Notes under the pieces: generated by a model
What the model was told of the DNA's origin: nothing
Databases searched by the model: none
Seen by the model: only the letters and a program-made list of their open reading frames with translations
Shown: positions 13,275 to 25,418 of the stretch, piece by piece
How positions within the stretch are numbered: the stretch's first letter is position 1
Layout of the letters: the number at the start of each line of letters is the position of its first letter
Translations under genes and position numbers: made by a program
Assembly (NCBI GenBank): GCA_964291675.2
Contig: OZ219865.1
Location: 480,001-544,000, forward strand
Origin: Alphaproteobacteria bacterium
Lineage (GTDB): Bacteria > Pseudomonadota > Alphaproteobacteria > MPNO01
DNA length: 64,000 bases
Direction of reading: 5' to 3'

Positions 13275-14276
13275 ATGCCCTCCCTGGCTCCGCTAAAGAT
13301 CGGTCCTGTCGAAATCCGGGAGCCCGTGTTCCTGGCGCCGATGTCGGGGGTCAGCGACCTGCCGTTCCGTCGCCTGGTCAAGAGCTGGGGGGCGGGGATG
13401 GTGTTTTCCGAGATGATCGCGGACGGGGCGATGCTGCGGCAGGTACCCGGGTCGCTGAAGGTCGCGACCGACTGCGCCGAGGAGTTTCCCATGGCGGTCC
13501 AGCTCGTCGGCCACGATCCTGCCACCATGGCGGAGGCGGCGCGCATGGCCGCCGACCGCGGTGCGGCGGTGGTCGACATCAACATGGGCTGCCCGGTCAA
13601 GAAGGTTGTCAAGAAGATGTGCGGCTCGGCCCTGATGCGCGATGAGCCCCATGCCGCGCGAATCGTGCGCGCCGTCGCGGGCGCGGTGGACCTGCCGGTC
13701 ACGCTCAAGATGCGCATGGGCTGGGACGACGATCACCTCAACGCCCCGCGGCTCGCCGCCATCGCAGAGGATTGCGGCGCCAGGATGATCACCGTCCACG
13801 GCCGCACGCGGACCCAGCTCTATACCGGGCAGGCGAACTGGCGCTTCGTCGCCAGGGTGAAGGCCGCGGTCTCGATCCCGGTGGTGGTGAACGGCGACAT
13901 CACGACGCTCGATGAAGCCGCCGCCGCCCTCCGGGAATCGAATGCCGACGGCGTGATGATCGGCCGCGGCGCCTGCGGCAGGCCGTGGTTCCCGCGCCAG
14001 GTCATGGCCTATCTGCGCACCGGGTCGCGGGAACCCGATCCCGACCCGGCGCGGAAATGCGCCGCGATTCGCGTCCATTTCGACGCCATGATCCGGCATT
14101 ACGGCCCGGTCACCGGGGTACGGATGGCGCGCAAGCATCTCGGCTGGTACGCCAGGTCCGAGCGCGGCGGGGCGGCGTTCCGCGCGTCGGTCAACGCCAT
14201 CGCCGACCCGGACGAGGTCCGCTCGGCGATCGTGCGCTTCTTCGGGGAGGCCGGCGGCGGCGCCATCGCGGCATGA
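13275..14276 (+). CDS. dusB: tRNA-dihydrouridine synthase B (NifR3)
   Basis: [36 protein letters not shown]. Confidence 0.95.
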   Translation: MPSLAPLKIGPVEIREPVFLAPMSGVSDLPFRRLVKSWGAGMVFSEMIADGAMLRQVPGSLKVATDCAEEFPMAVQLVGHDPATMAEAARMAADRGAAVVDINMGCPVKKVVKKMCGSALMRDEPHAARIVRAVAGAVDLPVTLKMRMGWDDDHLNAPRLAAIAEDCGARMITVHGRTRTQLYTGQANWRFVARVKAAVSIPVVVNGDITTLDEAAAALRESNADGVMIGRGACGRPWFPRQVMAYLRTGSREPDPDPARKCAAIRVHFDAMIRHYGPVTGVRMARKHLGWYARSERGGAAFRASVNAIADPDEVRSAIVRFFGEAGGGAIAA

Positions 14277-14875
14277 GCCCACCGGTCATCGTGCTGGCAA
14301 GCTCGGACGGCGAAGTCCTCCGGCTCTTCGACGAAGCCGGGTTTGCCCTTCTCTTCGCGCCCACCGCGGCGGCGTTCCGCCATGTCCTGGTCTCCGGCGC
14401 CGGCGACGCCGCGGCGGTCGATTCCGCCATGCTGTCGAGCGCCGGCGCGAACATGGCGGAAGCGATGGCGGCATCGCGGCCGGAAATGCCGCTTGTCGTG
14501 CTCGGCGGCGCCGCGCCGACGGGGCTTTCCGTTCGCACCAGCCATGTCGCGCGCCCGCGCAACCGGGAGAGCCTGCTGGCTACGGTCGAACGGGCGCTGG
14601 AAGGCGCGCAGGCCTCGCAGCCGAGCGAGCGGGACAGCTTGTCGCGTGCGGTGGAGACGCATCTGGTTCGGTATTTCGAGGCCCACGCCCCGGAACTCCC
14701 GGGCCCGGGCCTGCACCGCCGGGTATTGCGCGAGGTCGAGCGGTCGCTGATCGCGCTCGCCCTTGACGCGACACGGGGCAACCAGCTGCAGGCCGCGGCC
14801 TTGCTGGGGCTCAACCGCAACACGCTCAGGAAGAAAATCCGCGATCTCGACATCTCGGCTGAGCGGAGCATATGA
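14273..14875 (+). CDS. NtrC-derived protein: degenerate receiver fused directly to Fis-type HTH, no AAA+ domain
   Basis: ATGA overlap with dusB; RPEMPLVVL receiver remnant; C-terminus [29 protein letters not shown] typical of alphaproteobacterial NtrC; 200 aa. Confidence 0.8.
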   Translation: MSPPVIVLASSDGEVLRLFDEAGFALLFAPTAAAFRHVLVSGAGDAAAVDSAMLSSAGANMAEAMAASRPEMPLVVLGGAAPTGLSVRTSHVARPRNRESLLATVERALEGAQASQPSERDSLSRAVETHLVRYFEAHAPELPGPGLHRRVLREVERSLIALALDATRGNQLQAAALLGLNRNTLRKKIRDLDISAERSI

Positions 14876-14933
14876 TGGCCTTTCTCGCGGCAGGCTGAGC
14901 CCGCGCGCGAGCGGGTGACCGATTCGGCAAGAG

Positions 14934-17150
14934 ATGGCGAATAGAACGGCGGCACTGCGCACACCCGGGGCCGCCCGGCTCTCTTGGTGGGCACGCCGGC
15001 ACCGGCTGGGGCGCAAATCGGCGGTCGTGCTCGCGGTGATGTCGCTGGTCTCCGCCCTTGCGACCTACGCGGCGCTCTCCGGTTCGCTTCCTTTCGCCAG
15101 CGACCCGCGCGCCCTGCTTCTGCTGCTCAATGTCGATCTGGTGCTGTTCCTCGCGCTCGGCGCCATCGTCGCCCGGCGCCTCGTGCGGATCTGGATCGCT
15201 CGCCGACGCGGCTCCGTCGGCGCCAGGCTGCACGGCCGGCTGGTCCTCTGGTTCAGCGTGATCGCCGGGGTTCCGGCGATCGCGGTCTCCGTCTTCTCGG
15301 CATGGTTCTTCAGCCTCGGCGTCCAGGCCTGGTTCAGCGACCGCGTCCAGACCGCGCTCCAGGAGGCCTCGATCGTCGCGGAGTCCTATTTGCGCGAGCA
15401 TCAGAAGGTGATCCGGGGCGACATCCTCGCCATCGCGCGCGACATCAACCGGTCGGCGCCGCAGCTCTGGGTCGATCCGGCGCGGTTCAACCAGATGATG
15501 GCGGCGCAGGGCGTGCTGCGGAACCTGAGCGAGGCCTACGTGTTCGACAGCGGGGGGCGGGTGATCGCCCGCTGGAACCTCAGCTTCGTCCTCGACCGCG
15601 ACCCCATACCGGTCGCCGCGCTGGCGAAGGTGGAGCGGGGCGAGCTGGTGGTGCTCGCCAGCGGGTCGGAAGACCGGATGCGGGCAATCGTCAAGCTGGA
15701 CGGGGCGATAAACGCGTTTCTCTATATCAGCCGGTTCGTCGAGCCCCGCGTGCTCGACCACATCGCCCGCACCAGGCAGGCGGTGGCCGAGTACCAGTCC
15801 CTCGAAGGGCGGCGACAGACCTTCGAGATCACCTTCGCGACGATGTTCGTGCTGGGAGCGCTGCTGCTTCTGATGGCCGCGATCTGGGCCGGGGTGGTTT
15901 TCGCGTCCCGTCTGGCCGGTCCGGTGACCGCGCTTGCCGCGGCGGCCGAACGCGTGCGCGGCGGCGACCTGTCCACCCGGGTCCAGGAGACCGGGGAGGG
16001 CGACGAGATCGGCTCCCTGATCCGGGCGTTCAATCGGATGGCCGGCCAGCTTGAGACGCAGCGGGACGAGCTGCTGGAGGCGAACCGTCAGCTCGATACG
16101 CGGCGCCACTTCATCGAAACCGTGTTCTCCGGGGTATCCGCCGGCGTGGTGGGGCTGGATCGCGCGGGCAATGTCAACGTCTCGAACCGGCTGGCCTCCG
16201 AGCTGTTGTTCCACGATCTCGACCGATCGATGGGCCGGCCTCTGGCGCCGCTCGCGCCGGGAATGGGCGCGCTGCTCGCCGAGGCGCGAAGCCGCCCGGA
16301 CAGGGCGGCCGAAACGGAGATCGAGCTCAAGCACGGCGACGGAACCAGGACGCTGTTCGTGCGCGTCGTGGCCGATCTCCGGGACGAGGCGATCGTCGGC
16401 TTCGTGGTCACCTTCAACGACATCACCGAGCTGCTCGCCGCACAGCGCAAGGCCGCCTGGTCCGACGTTGCGCGGCGCATCGCCCACGAGATCAAGAACC
16501 CGCTGACGCCGATCCAGCTTTCCGCGGAACGGCTGCGGCGCAAATATCTCGGCGAGATAAGCAGCGACCCCAAATCCTTCGACGACTACACCGAGACCAT
16601 CATCCGGCATGTCGGGGATATCGGCCGGATGGTCGACGAGTTCTCCGATTTCGCGCGCATGCCGAACGCCGTCATCGCGCCCGTCGACATCGCCGATCTC
16701 TGCCGGGTCGAGCTTGCCCTGTACCGCGAAGCGCATCCGCAGATCGCGTTCGAGGCCGCGCTGCCGGACGAGCCGCTGGTCGTGGCGTGCGATGCCGGTC
16801 TGACGGCACGCGCGCTTTCCAACCTCCTCAAGAACGCCGTCGAGGCAATCCAGAGCCGCGGGCGCGACGCCGGGCCCGGCCGCATCGCGGTCGGCGTCGA
16901 GGACGGCGACGGATTCGCCGAGATTTCGGTGGAGGACAACGGCCGCGGGCTGCCGGATATGGCCGCGCATCGCCTCACCGAGCCCTATGTCACGACGCGG
17001 GACAAAGGCACCGGTCTCGGCCTGGCGATCGTCAGGAAAATCATGGAAGACCACAACGGCGAGGTGGCGCTGGAGGCGGCTCCCGACGGCGGCGCCCGGG
17101 TCCGTTTGGTCTTCCCAAAGAACGGGCAGGGTGTCACTGTGACGCGATGA
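14934..17150 (+). CDS. ntrY: Sensor histidine kinase NtrY
   Basis: TM segments, HAMP, PAS, AWSDVARRIAHEIKNPLTPIQLSAERL H-box, GTGLGL. Confidence 0.93.
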   Translation: MANRTAALRTPGAARLSWWARRHRLGRKSAVVLAVMSLVSALATYAALSGSLPFASDPRALLLLLNVDLVLFLALGAIVARRLVRIWIARRRGSVGARLHGRLVLWFSVIAGVPAIAVSVFSAWFFSLGVQAWFSDRVQTALQEASIVAESYLREHQKVIRGDILAIARDINRSAPQLWVDPARFNQMMAAQGVLRNLSEAYVFDSGGRVIARWNLSFVLDRDPIPVAALAKVERGELVVLASGSEDRMRAIVKLDGAINAFLYISRFVEPRVLDHIARTRQAVAEYQSLEGRRQTFEITFATMFVLGALLLLMAAIWAGVVFASRLAGPVTALAAAAERVRGGDLSTRVQETGEGDEIGSLIRAFNRMAGQLETQRDELLEANRQLDTRRHFIETVFSGVSAGVVGLDRAGNVNVSNRLASELLFHDLDRSMGRPLAPLAPGMGALLAEARSRPDRAAETEIELKHGDGTRTLFVRVVADLRDEAIVGFVVTFNDITELLAAQRKAAWSDVARRIAHEIKNPLTPIQLSAERLRRKYLGEISSDPKSFDDYTETIIRHVGDIGRMVDEFSDFARMPNAVIAPVDIADLCRVELALYREAHPQIAFEAALPDEPLVVACDAGLTARALSNLLKNAVEAIQSRGRDAGPGRIAVGVEDGDGFAEISVEDNGRGLPDMAAHRLTEPYVTTRDKGTGLGLAIVRKIMEDHNGEVALEAAPDGGARVRLVFPKNGQGVTVTR

Positions 17151-17157
17151 GAATGGC

Positions 17158-18558
17158 GTGGAGAGCGTAGCGTTGCAGGCCGAGGTGCTCATCGTCGACG
17201 ACGAGGCCGATATTCGTCGCATCACCGCCGATTTCCTCGAGGACGAGGGCTATCGCTGTCGTTCGGCCGCCGACACCGTCTCGGCGCTCGAAATGATCGA
17301 GGAACGGCGCCCCCATCTGGTGGTCCTCGACATCTGGCTGCGCGGCGACGACCGCGACGGACTCCAGTTTCTGAAGCTGCTGAACGAGCGGCATCCGCAT
17401 ATCCCGATCGTGATGATCAGCGGTCACGGCACCGTCGAGACAGCGGTGAAGGCGATCAAGCTCGGCGCGTACGACTTCGTGGAGAAGCCGTTCAAGTCCG
17501 ACCGGCTGGCGCTCACGGTCAGGCGGGCGATGGACGCCGCGCGGCTCCGCCAGGAGAACGCGGAGCTGCGGGAACGGGCGAACGCCGACTGGACCATGAT
17601 CGGCAACTCGCAGTCGATCTGCCAGCTCCGCAGCGCGATCGACCGGGTTGCGCCGACCGGCAGCCGGGTGATGATCAGCGGCCCGCCCGGCTCCGGCAAG
17701 GAGGTCGCGGCCCGCTCGCTGCATGGGCGTTCGCAACGCCGGGACCGCTCCTTCACGGTGCTCAACTGCGCGACGATGGCTCCCGAGCGCATGGAAGAGG
17801 AGCTGTTCGGCCTGGAAGCCGCGAACGGCGGCGCGCCCCATCTGGGTACTTTCGAGCAGGCGAATGGCGGGACCCTGCTGCTCGACGAGGTCGCCGACAT
17901 GCCGCTGGAGACCCAGGGCAAGATCGTCCGCGTTCTCCAGGAGCAGTCCTTTGCCCGCACCGGAGGCACCGCCAGGATCACCGTCGACGTCAGGGTCATC
18001 GCCACCACCAGCCGCAACCTTCACAGCGAGATGGCGGCCGGCCGGTTCCGTCAGGACCTCTACTACCGGCTGAACGTGGTGCCCATCGAGGTGCCCTCGC
18101 TGACCGCGCGCCGCGACGATATCCCGCTCCTGTTCAGCCATTTCGCCGAGCGCGCCGCGGCGGCGAGCGGCATGCCCTGCCGCGTTCTCGCCGAGGACGC
18201 CCTGGCGGCGCTGCAGGCCTATGACTGGCCCGGCAATGTGCGCCAGCTGCGCAATGTCGCCGAGTGGATCCTGATCATGGCGCCCGGAAACGGCCAGGAT
18301 CTGGTGCGCCCCGACATGCTGCCGCCGGATATCGTCGCCGACACGCCGGAGCCGCTGCGCTGGGACAGGAGCGGCGAGGCTCTGGGCCTGCCGCTGCGCG
18401 AGGCGCGCGAACGGTTCGAACGGGAGTATCTGATCGCCCAGGTCGACCGGTTCGGCGGCAACGTGTCGCGCACCGCCCAGTTCGTGGGGATGGAACGCTC
18501 CGCCCTGCATCGCAAGCTCAAGACGCTGGGCGTGGCGCCGGCGGGCAGGTCGGACTAG
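17158..18558 (+). CDS. ntrX: Response regulator NtrX (REC-AAA+-HTH)
   Basis: LDIWL receiver, GPPGSGKE, no GAFTGA, GMERSALHRKLK; follows ntrY. Confidence 0.93.
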   Translation: MESVALQAEVLIVDDEADIRRITADFLEDEGYRCRSAADTVSALEMIEERRPHLVVLDIWLRGDDRDGLQFLKLLNERHPHIPIVMISGHGTVETAVKAIKLGAYDFVEKPFKSDRLALTVRRAMDAARLRQENAELRERANADWTMIGNSQSICQLRSAIDRVAPTGSRVMISGPPGSGKEVAARSLHGRSQRRDRSFTVLNCATMAPERMEEELFGLEAANGGAPHLGTFEQANGGTLLLDEVADMPLETQGKIVRVLQEQSFARTGGTARITVDVRVIATTSRNLHSEMAAGRFRQDLYYRLNVVPIEVPSLTARRDDIPLLFSHFAERAAAASGMPCRVLAEDALAALQAYDWPGNVRQLRNVAEWILIMAPGNGQDLVRPDMLPPDIVADTPEPLRWDRSGEALGLPLREARERFEREYLIAQVDRFGGNVSRTAQFVGMERSALHRKLKTLGVAPAGRSD

Positions 18559-18604
18559 GCGCCCGCCCGGATCGCGCCGCGAGCGAAGTTCGGGACCCCG
18601 ATCC

Positions 18605-19981
18605 ATGAAGGTGATCGTCTGCGGCGCCGGTCAGGTCGGATACCACATCGCCCGCCAGCTCGCCTCCGAAGGCAACGACGTGACGGTGATCGATCGGTCC
18701 GACGACCTGTCGCGCGAGATCGGCAACGCGCTCGACGTGCGCACCGTGGTCGGCTTCGCTTCGCACCCCGACGTGCTGGAGCGGGCGGCGGCGGACGACA
18801 CCGACATGATCATCGCCGTCACCCAGGCCGACGAGGTCAACATGGTGGCGTGCCAGGTGGCTCACTCGCTGTTCGAGGTTCCCACCAAGATCGCCCGCAT
18901 CCGCTCCCAGTCCTATCTGCAGCAGATCTGGGCCGATCTGTTCAGCCGGGACCACATGCCCATCGACGTGATCATCTCCCCGGAAATGGAGGTCGCCCGG
19001 GCGATCTCGCGCCGCCTCTTCGTGCCCGGCGCGACCGACTCGATCTCGCTTGCCGACGACCGGGTGCGCGCGATCGCGGTGCGCTGCGACGGGGACTGCC
19101 CGGTCATCAACACCCCGCTTCGCCAGCTGACCGGTATCTTCCCGGAGCTGAACATCGTCGTCGTCGGCATCAATCGCGGCGACGCCACGCTGGTGCCGAC
19201 GGCGGACGACCAGATGCTGGCCGGCGACGAGGTCTATTTCATCGCCGACACCGACCACGTCAGCCGGGCGATGGCCGTGTTCGGGCACGAGGAGCCCGAA
19301 ATCCGCCGGATGGTGATCGCCGGGGCGGGTCACGTCGGACAGTGCCTCGCCCGGCTGATCCACGACGAGCACCCCGGGGTCAGCGCCAGGATCATCGAGG
19401 CCAACCGGGCCCAGGCCGAACGTGCCGCCGTCGACCTCGCCGGGGTGACGGTGCTGAACGGCGACGCGCTCGACCCGGAAATTCTCGACGAGGCCAACGT
19501 CTCGACCGCCGAGGCCATCGTGACGGTGACCAATGACGACGAGACCAACGTTCTCGCCTCGCTGCTCGCCAAGCGGCACGGCGCCGGGCGGGCGGTGACG
19601 CTGATCAACAACATGAACTACGCGCCGCTGATCAGCACGCTCGGCGTCGATGTCGTGGTCAGCCCGCACGCGATCACCGTCTCGACCATCCTGCAACATG
19701 TCCGGCGCGGCAGGATCCGGGCCGTGCATGCCCTGCCGCAGGGGATCGGCGAGATAATGGAGGCCGAGCTGCATGAATCGTCGGACCTGGCGAGCCACCC
19801 GATCGGCGAGGCGGGGCTGCCTTCCGGGGTGCTGATCGGCGCCATCGTGCGCGACGGCAAGGTGGTGATCCCGCGCGCATCGACGGTGCTGCGCATCGGC
19901 GACCGGCTGGTCATGTTCGTCGCCCGGAGCGCGATCAAGCGCGTCGAGCAGCTGTTCTCCGTCCGTCCGGACTATTTCTAG
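18605..19981 (+). CDS. trkA: Trk potassium uptake regulatory subunit
   Basis: Two RCK repeats with GAGQVG and GAGHVG; DEVNMVACQVAHSLF. Confidence 0.94.
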   Translation: MKVIVCGAGQVGYHIARQLASEGNDVTVIDRSDDLSREIGNALDVRTVVGFASHPDVLERAAADDTDMIIAVTQADEVNMVACQVAHSLFEVPTKIARIRSQSYLQQIWADLFSRDHMPIDVIISPEMEVARAISRRLFVPGATDSISLADDRVRAIAVRCDGDCPVINTPLRQLTGIFPELNIVVVGINRGDATLVPTADDQMLAGDEVYFIADTDHVSRAMAVFGHEEPEIRRMVIAGAGHVGQCLARLIHDEHPGVSARIIEANRAQAERAAVDLAGVTVLNGDALDPEILDEANVSTAEAIVTVTNDDETNVLASLLAKRHGAGRAVTLINNMNYAPLISTLGVDVVVSPHAITVSTILQHVRRGRIRAVHALPQGIGEIMEAELHESSDLASHPIGEAGLPSGVLIGAIVRDGKVVIPRASTVLRIGDRLVMFVARSAIKRVEQLFSVRPDYF

Positions 19982-19990
19982 GACCGGCGG

Positions 19991-20650
19991 GTGAACGCGG
20001 TCGACCGCTTGCCGCGCGCCGTGGTCTTCGACTGGGACAACACCCTGGTCGATACCTGGCCGGTGATCCACGAATCGATGAACGCCGCTCTCGCGGCGAT
20101 GGGCCACCCGGCCTGGTCGGTCGAGGACACCCGCGAGAGGGTGCGGCGGTCGCTGCGCGAGGCCTTTCCGCCGCTGTTCGGCGAGCGCTGGCAGGAGGCG
20201 CGCGACATCTTCTATCGCCGCTTCGACGCGATCCACCTCGAACGGCTCGCGATCTGCGATGGCGCCGAGGCGCTGATCGCGGCGCTCGCCGGGCGCGGCA
20301 TCCCGCTCTGCGTGGTCAGCAACAAGGTGGGCGGGACTCTGCGCCGCGAAGCCGGGCATCTCGGCTGGGAACGGTATTTTTCCCGCCTGGTCGGAGCGAG
20401 CGACGCGGAGCGCGACAAGCCGGCAACCGAGCCGGTCGACCTTGCGCTGTCCGACGCCGGGGTTCGACGCGACGCCGATGTCTGGTTCGTCGGCGATACC
20501 TGGGTCGACATGGAGTGCGCCCACAACGCCGGGTGCACCGCGATCCTGGTGCGCAAGACGCCGCCCCGGGAGGGCGAGTTCGCGGCGTTCCCGCCGCAGG
20601 CCCATTTCGCCGACTGCGCCGGCCTCCAAAGGCATGTCGAGAGCCTGTGA
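19991..20650 (+). CDS. HAD-family hydrolase (phosphoglycolate phosphatase-like)
   Basis: FDWDNTLVD, VSNK, DKP, VGDTWVD motifs. Confidence 0.9.
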   Translation: MNAVDRLPRAVVFDWDNTLVDTWPVIHESMNAALAAMGHPAWSVEDTRERVRRSLREAFPPLFGERWQEARDIFYRRFDAIHLERLAICDGAEALIAALAGRGIPLCVVSNKVGGTLRREAGHLGWERYFSRLVGASDAERDKPATEPVDLALSDAGVRRDADVWFVGDTWVDMECAHNAGCTAILVRKTPPREGEFAAFPPQAHFADCAGLQRHVESL

Positions 20651-20778
20651 CGAGCCTTGTTCCCTCGCCGCAGGTTTTGCGGTAATCATCGCCCCGCTTG
20701 TGTGTGTTGGCGCGGCCCGCTCGCCGGACCGCGCCGTCAACGGTTCGAATTCAAGACTCGAAGAGAGCGGGACCCAAA

Positions 20779-21036
20779 ATGTCAGCAGAAAAAGCCCAAA
20801 ACCTTCAGGACACATTCCTCAACCACATCAGGAAGAACAAGACGCCCGTCACCGTCTTCCTGGTCAACGGAGTCAAGCTGCAGGGCGTGGTAACCTGGTT
20901 CGACAACTTCTGCATCCTGCTGCGGCGGGACGGCCATTCCCAGCTGGTCTACAAGCACGCCATTTCGACGGTGATGCCGGTCGCGCCGGTGCAGCTCTAT
21001 GACGAGAAGCGTGAGGTCGAGTACGCCGGCGAATAG
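20779..21036 (+). CDS. hfq: RNA chaperone Hfq
   Basis: [32 protein letters not shown]. Confidence 0.98.
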   Translation: MSAEKAQNLQDTFLNHIRKNKTPVTVFLVNGVKLQGVVTWFDNFCILLRRDGHSQLVYKHAISTVMPVAPVQLYDEKREVEYAGE

Positions 21037-21064
21037 GCCGGACCGCCCGGAGAACGGGGCGGCG

Positions 21065-22336
21065 ATGGAACGCGCCGCCGTCCTCCACCCCTACGCGAAG
21101 ACCGCAGGGCGCGACTCGCGCAGCCCCGAAGCGCGGCTCGACGAGGCCGTGGGCCTCGCCGGCGCGATCGGGCTCGAAATCGTCCAGGCGGACCTCGTCG
21201 CGCTGCCGCGGCGCCGGCCCTCGACCTATTTCGGGGCGGGAACCGTGGATTCCGTCGCCGGGTCGGTCGAGGCCTCGGAGATCGACCTGGTTTGCGTGGA
21301 TGCCGCGCTCACCCCCGTCCAGCAGCGCAATCTGGAGCGCGCCTGGCGCTGCAAGGTGATCGATCGCACCGGCCTGATCCTCGAGATCTTCGGTGCGCGG
21401 GCGAGCACAAGCGAAGGGACCCTCCAGGTCGAGCTCGCGCATCTGACCTACCAGCGCAGCCGCCTGGTGCGGAGCTGGACCCATCTCGAGCGCCAGCGCG
21501 GCGGCCGCGGCTTCATGGGCGGGCCGGGCGAAACCCAGATCGAGGCCGACCGGCGCCAGATCGACGAGCGGATCACGCGGATCCGGCGCGAGCTCGACAC
21601 GGTGAAGCGGACCCGGGGGCTGCATCGCGCGGCGCGTCGCAAGGTGCCGTACCCGGTCGCCGCGCTGGTCGGCTACACCAATGCCGGGAAATCGACGCTG
21701 TTCAACCGGCTGACGGGCTCGCGGGTGGTCGCCGAGGACCTTCTGTTCGCCACGCTCGACCCGACCATGCGGGGCGTCGACCTGCCTTCCGGCCGCCGGG
21801 TGATCCTGTCGGACACGGTGGGCTTCGTCTCGCAGCTGCCGACGATGCTGGTCGCCGCCTTTCGCGCCACCCTGGAGGAGGTGCGGGACGCCGACCTGAT
21901 CGTCCACGTCCGGGACGTGGCTCACCCGGACAGCGAGGCGCAGTGCCGCGACGTGGACGACGTGCTCGGCCAGCTCGGCATCGATACCGGCGACGGGATA
22001 CTCGTCGAGGTCCACAACAAGATCGACAAGCTCGAACCGGACGAGCGCGCCATGGCGTCCGGGCTCGCCGGGCGGCGCAACGATGCCATCGCGATCTCGG
22101 CGCTGACGGGGGAGGGGACCGACGCGCTGCTCGAACGGCTCGACGTCGCCTTCGGATCGCGGCGGCGGATCGTGGAGTTCGAGGTCGACCTTGCCGACGG
22201 GGCGCGCCTCGCCTGGCTCTACCGCTACGGCGAGGTGCTGAGCCGGAAGGACGACGGTCTCAGGACGCTGCTCCGCGTGGGTCTCGACCCCGCCGATCTC
22301 GGACGCCTGGAGCGCCTCGGCCGCAGCGGGGGCTGA
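21065..22336 (+). CDS. hflX: GTPase HflX
   Basis: GPGETQIE, VGYTNAGKST, LFATLDPT, DTVGF, NKID; start codon approximate. Confidence 0.96.
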   Translation: MERAAVLHPYAKTAGRDSRSPEARLDEAVGLAGAIGLEIVQADLVALPRRRPSTYFGAGTVDSVAGSVEASEIDLVCVDAALTPVQQRNLERAWRCKVIDRTGLILEIFGARASTSEGTLQVELAHLTYQRSRLVRSWTHLERQRGGRGFMGGPGETQIEADRRQIDERITRIRRELDTVKRTRGLHRAARRKVPYPVAALVGYTNAGKSTLFNRLTGSRVVAEDLLFATLDPTMRGVDLPSGRRVILSDTVGFVSQLPTMLVAAFRATLEEVRDADLIVHVRDVAHPDSEAQCRDVDDVLGQLGIDTGDGILVEVHNKIDKLEPDERAMASGLAGRRNDAIAISALTGEGTDALLERLDVAFGSRRRIVEFEVDLADGARLAWLYRYGEVLSRKDDGLRTLLRVGLDPADLGRLERLGRSGG

Positions 22337-22363
22337 TCCAAAAAAAAATTTCTGCCGCGACCG

Positions 22364-22392
22364 TTGACAAGCGCCGGCGGAATACGTAGCTT
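22364..22392 (+). promoter_or_regulatory. Sigma70-type promoter of groESL
   Basis: TTGACA (22364-22369), 17 nt, TAGCTT (22387-22392); A-tract just upstream. Confidence 0.7.
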
Positions 22393-22393
22393 G

Positions 22394-22420
22394 TTAGCAC
22401 TCGAAAGAGGGGAGTGCTAA
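22394..22420. promoter_or_regulatory. CIRCE element (HrcA operator)
   Basis: Perfect TTAGCACTC-N9-GAGTGCTAA upstream of groES. Confidence 0.97.
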
Positions 22421-22495
22421 CAATGTTGGCGCTCCCCTCTGTCCATCCGGCGTTCCCCGAAACGCCGGAAACCTCGACCAGTCAGGAGGCAATTG

Positions 22496-22783
22496 ATGAA
22501 TCTCAGGCCGTTGCACGATCGCGTGCTTGTCGAGCCGCTGGAGGCCGAAGAGAAGACGGCGGGCGGCATCATCATTCCGGACACGGCCAAGGAAAAGCCG
22601 ATGGAAGGAAAGATCGTCGCCGTCGGGAACGGAGCGCGCTCCGAGGACGGCAAGGTCACCGCGCTCGACGTCAAGAAGGGCGACCGGATCCTTTACGGCA
22701 AGTGGTCCGGGACAGAAGTCAAGATCGATGGTCAGGACCTCCTCATCATGAAGGAGTCCGACATCATGGGCATCATCGAATAA
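22496..22783 (+). CDS. groES: Co-chaperonin GroES
   Basis: [31 protein letters not shown]; AGGAGG RBS. Confidence 0.98.
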   Translation: MNLRPLHDRVLVEPLEAEEKTAGGIIIPDTAKEKPMEGKIVAVGNGARSEDGKVTALDVKKGDRILYGKWSGTEVKIDGQDLLIMKESDIMGIIE

Positions 22784-24436
<1,653 letters not shown>

Positions 24437-24483
24437 CTGCCGCTTTCAGCCGGCCGGGAGTACCGGCCGGGCACAGGGTAGGG

Positions 24484-24513
24484 AAGGGCCGCCTCGCGCG
24501 GCCCTTTCTTTAT
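24484..24513 (+). terminator. Intrinsic terminator after groEL
   Basis: Stem AAGGGCCGC / GCGGCCCTT with 5-nt loop and T-rich tail. Confidence 0.8.
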
Positions 24514-24556
24514 TCGTTTGCCTTCGGGCGGTCATGCCACTAACCCTTGCAGCGTG

Positions 24557-25351
24557 ATGAAGGTCGATTTTGACGCCGTCACCGACCTCCTGCGCGCCGT
24601 GGCCTCGGCCGAGATTCTGCCCCGCTTCCGCCGTCTCCAGGACGGGGACTCATGGGAAAAGCGCTCCGGCGCGGTGGTGACGGTAGCCGACGAGCGGGTG
24701 GAGGCGGCGCTCTCGGCCGGGCTCGCGGCGATGCTTCCGGGCTCGGCGGTGGTCGCCGAGGAGGCGGCCGAGGCGGCGCCCGAGACGCTGGACGCGCTCG
24801 ACCGGCCGGGCGCGGTCTGGGTGGTCGACCCCATCGACGGGACCGCCAACTACTCCGAAGGCAAGCCCTGCTTTGCGGTGATCGTGGCGCTTGCGGTCGA
24901 CGGCGAGACCGTGGCCGGATGGATCTACGATCCGGTGACCGATTCCGCCGCCGTGGCCGAGCGCGGGGCCGGCGCCTGGCGCGACGGCGCGCGGCTTCGC
25001 GTCGCCGGGCCGGCGCCCGAGGCGGAGATGACCGGCGCGTTCGGCTGGCGGCTCAACAAGGACCGAGGCTTCAGCGCCCGGTTCGCGGGGCGTACCTACA
25101 ACAAGTGCTGCGGCTTCGACTATCTCGCCCTGGCCGAGGGGCGCACGCATTTCGCCTTCTACCGCAGCCTGAAGCCGTGGGACCATGCGGCCGGCCAGCT
25201 CATGCACGCCGAAGCCGGCGGCTACAACGCCTGCGTCGACGGCAGCCCCTACCGGCCCGGCCGCAAGGACCAGGAAGGGCTGCTGCTCGCCCCCGATTCC
25301 GAGATCTGGGCCGGTCTCGCAGAGCGGATTCGCCGCTCGCTCGGCATGTGA
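24557..25351 (+). CDS. Inositol monophosphatase family protein
   Basis: VTVAD, AEE, WVVDPIDGTANY, PWDHAAG motifs. Confidence 0.92.
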   Translation: MKVDFDAVTDLLRAVASAEILPRFRRLQDGDSWEKRSGAVVTVADERVEAALSAGLAAMLPGSAVVAEEAAEAAPETLDALDRPGAVWVVDPIDGTANYSEGKPCFAVIVALAVDGETVAGWIYDPVTDSAAVAERGAGAWRDGARLRVAGPAPEAEMTGAFGWRLNKDRGFSARFAGRTYNKCCGFDYLALAEGRTHFAFYRSLKPWDHAAGQLMHAEAGGYNACVDGSPYRPGRKDQEGLLLAPDSEIWAGLAERIRRSLGM

Positions 25352-25418
25352 GGCGCGCATTGCCGGGCTTCCGGGCGCCCCCTATGATCCGCCGCACCGC
25401 AAGAGAAAGGGGCATCCG

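Noticed and set aside
17158-18558. AAA+ regulator lacking the GAFTGA loop
   Set aside because: Expected for NtrX proteins
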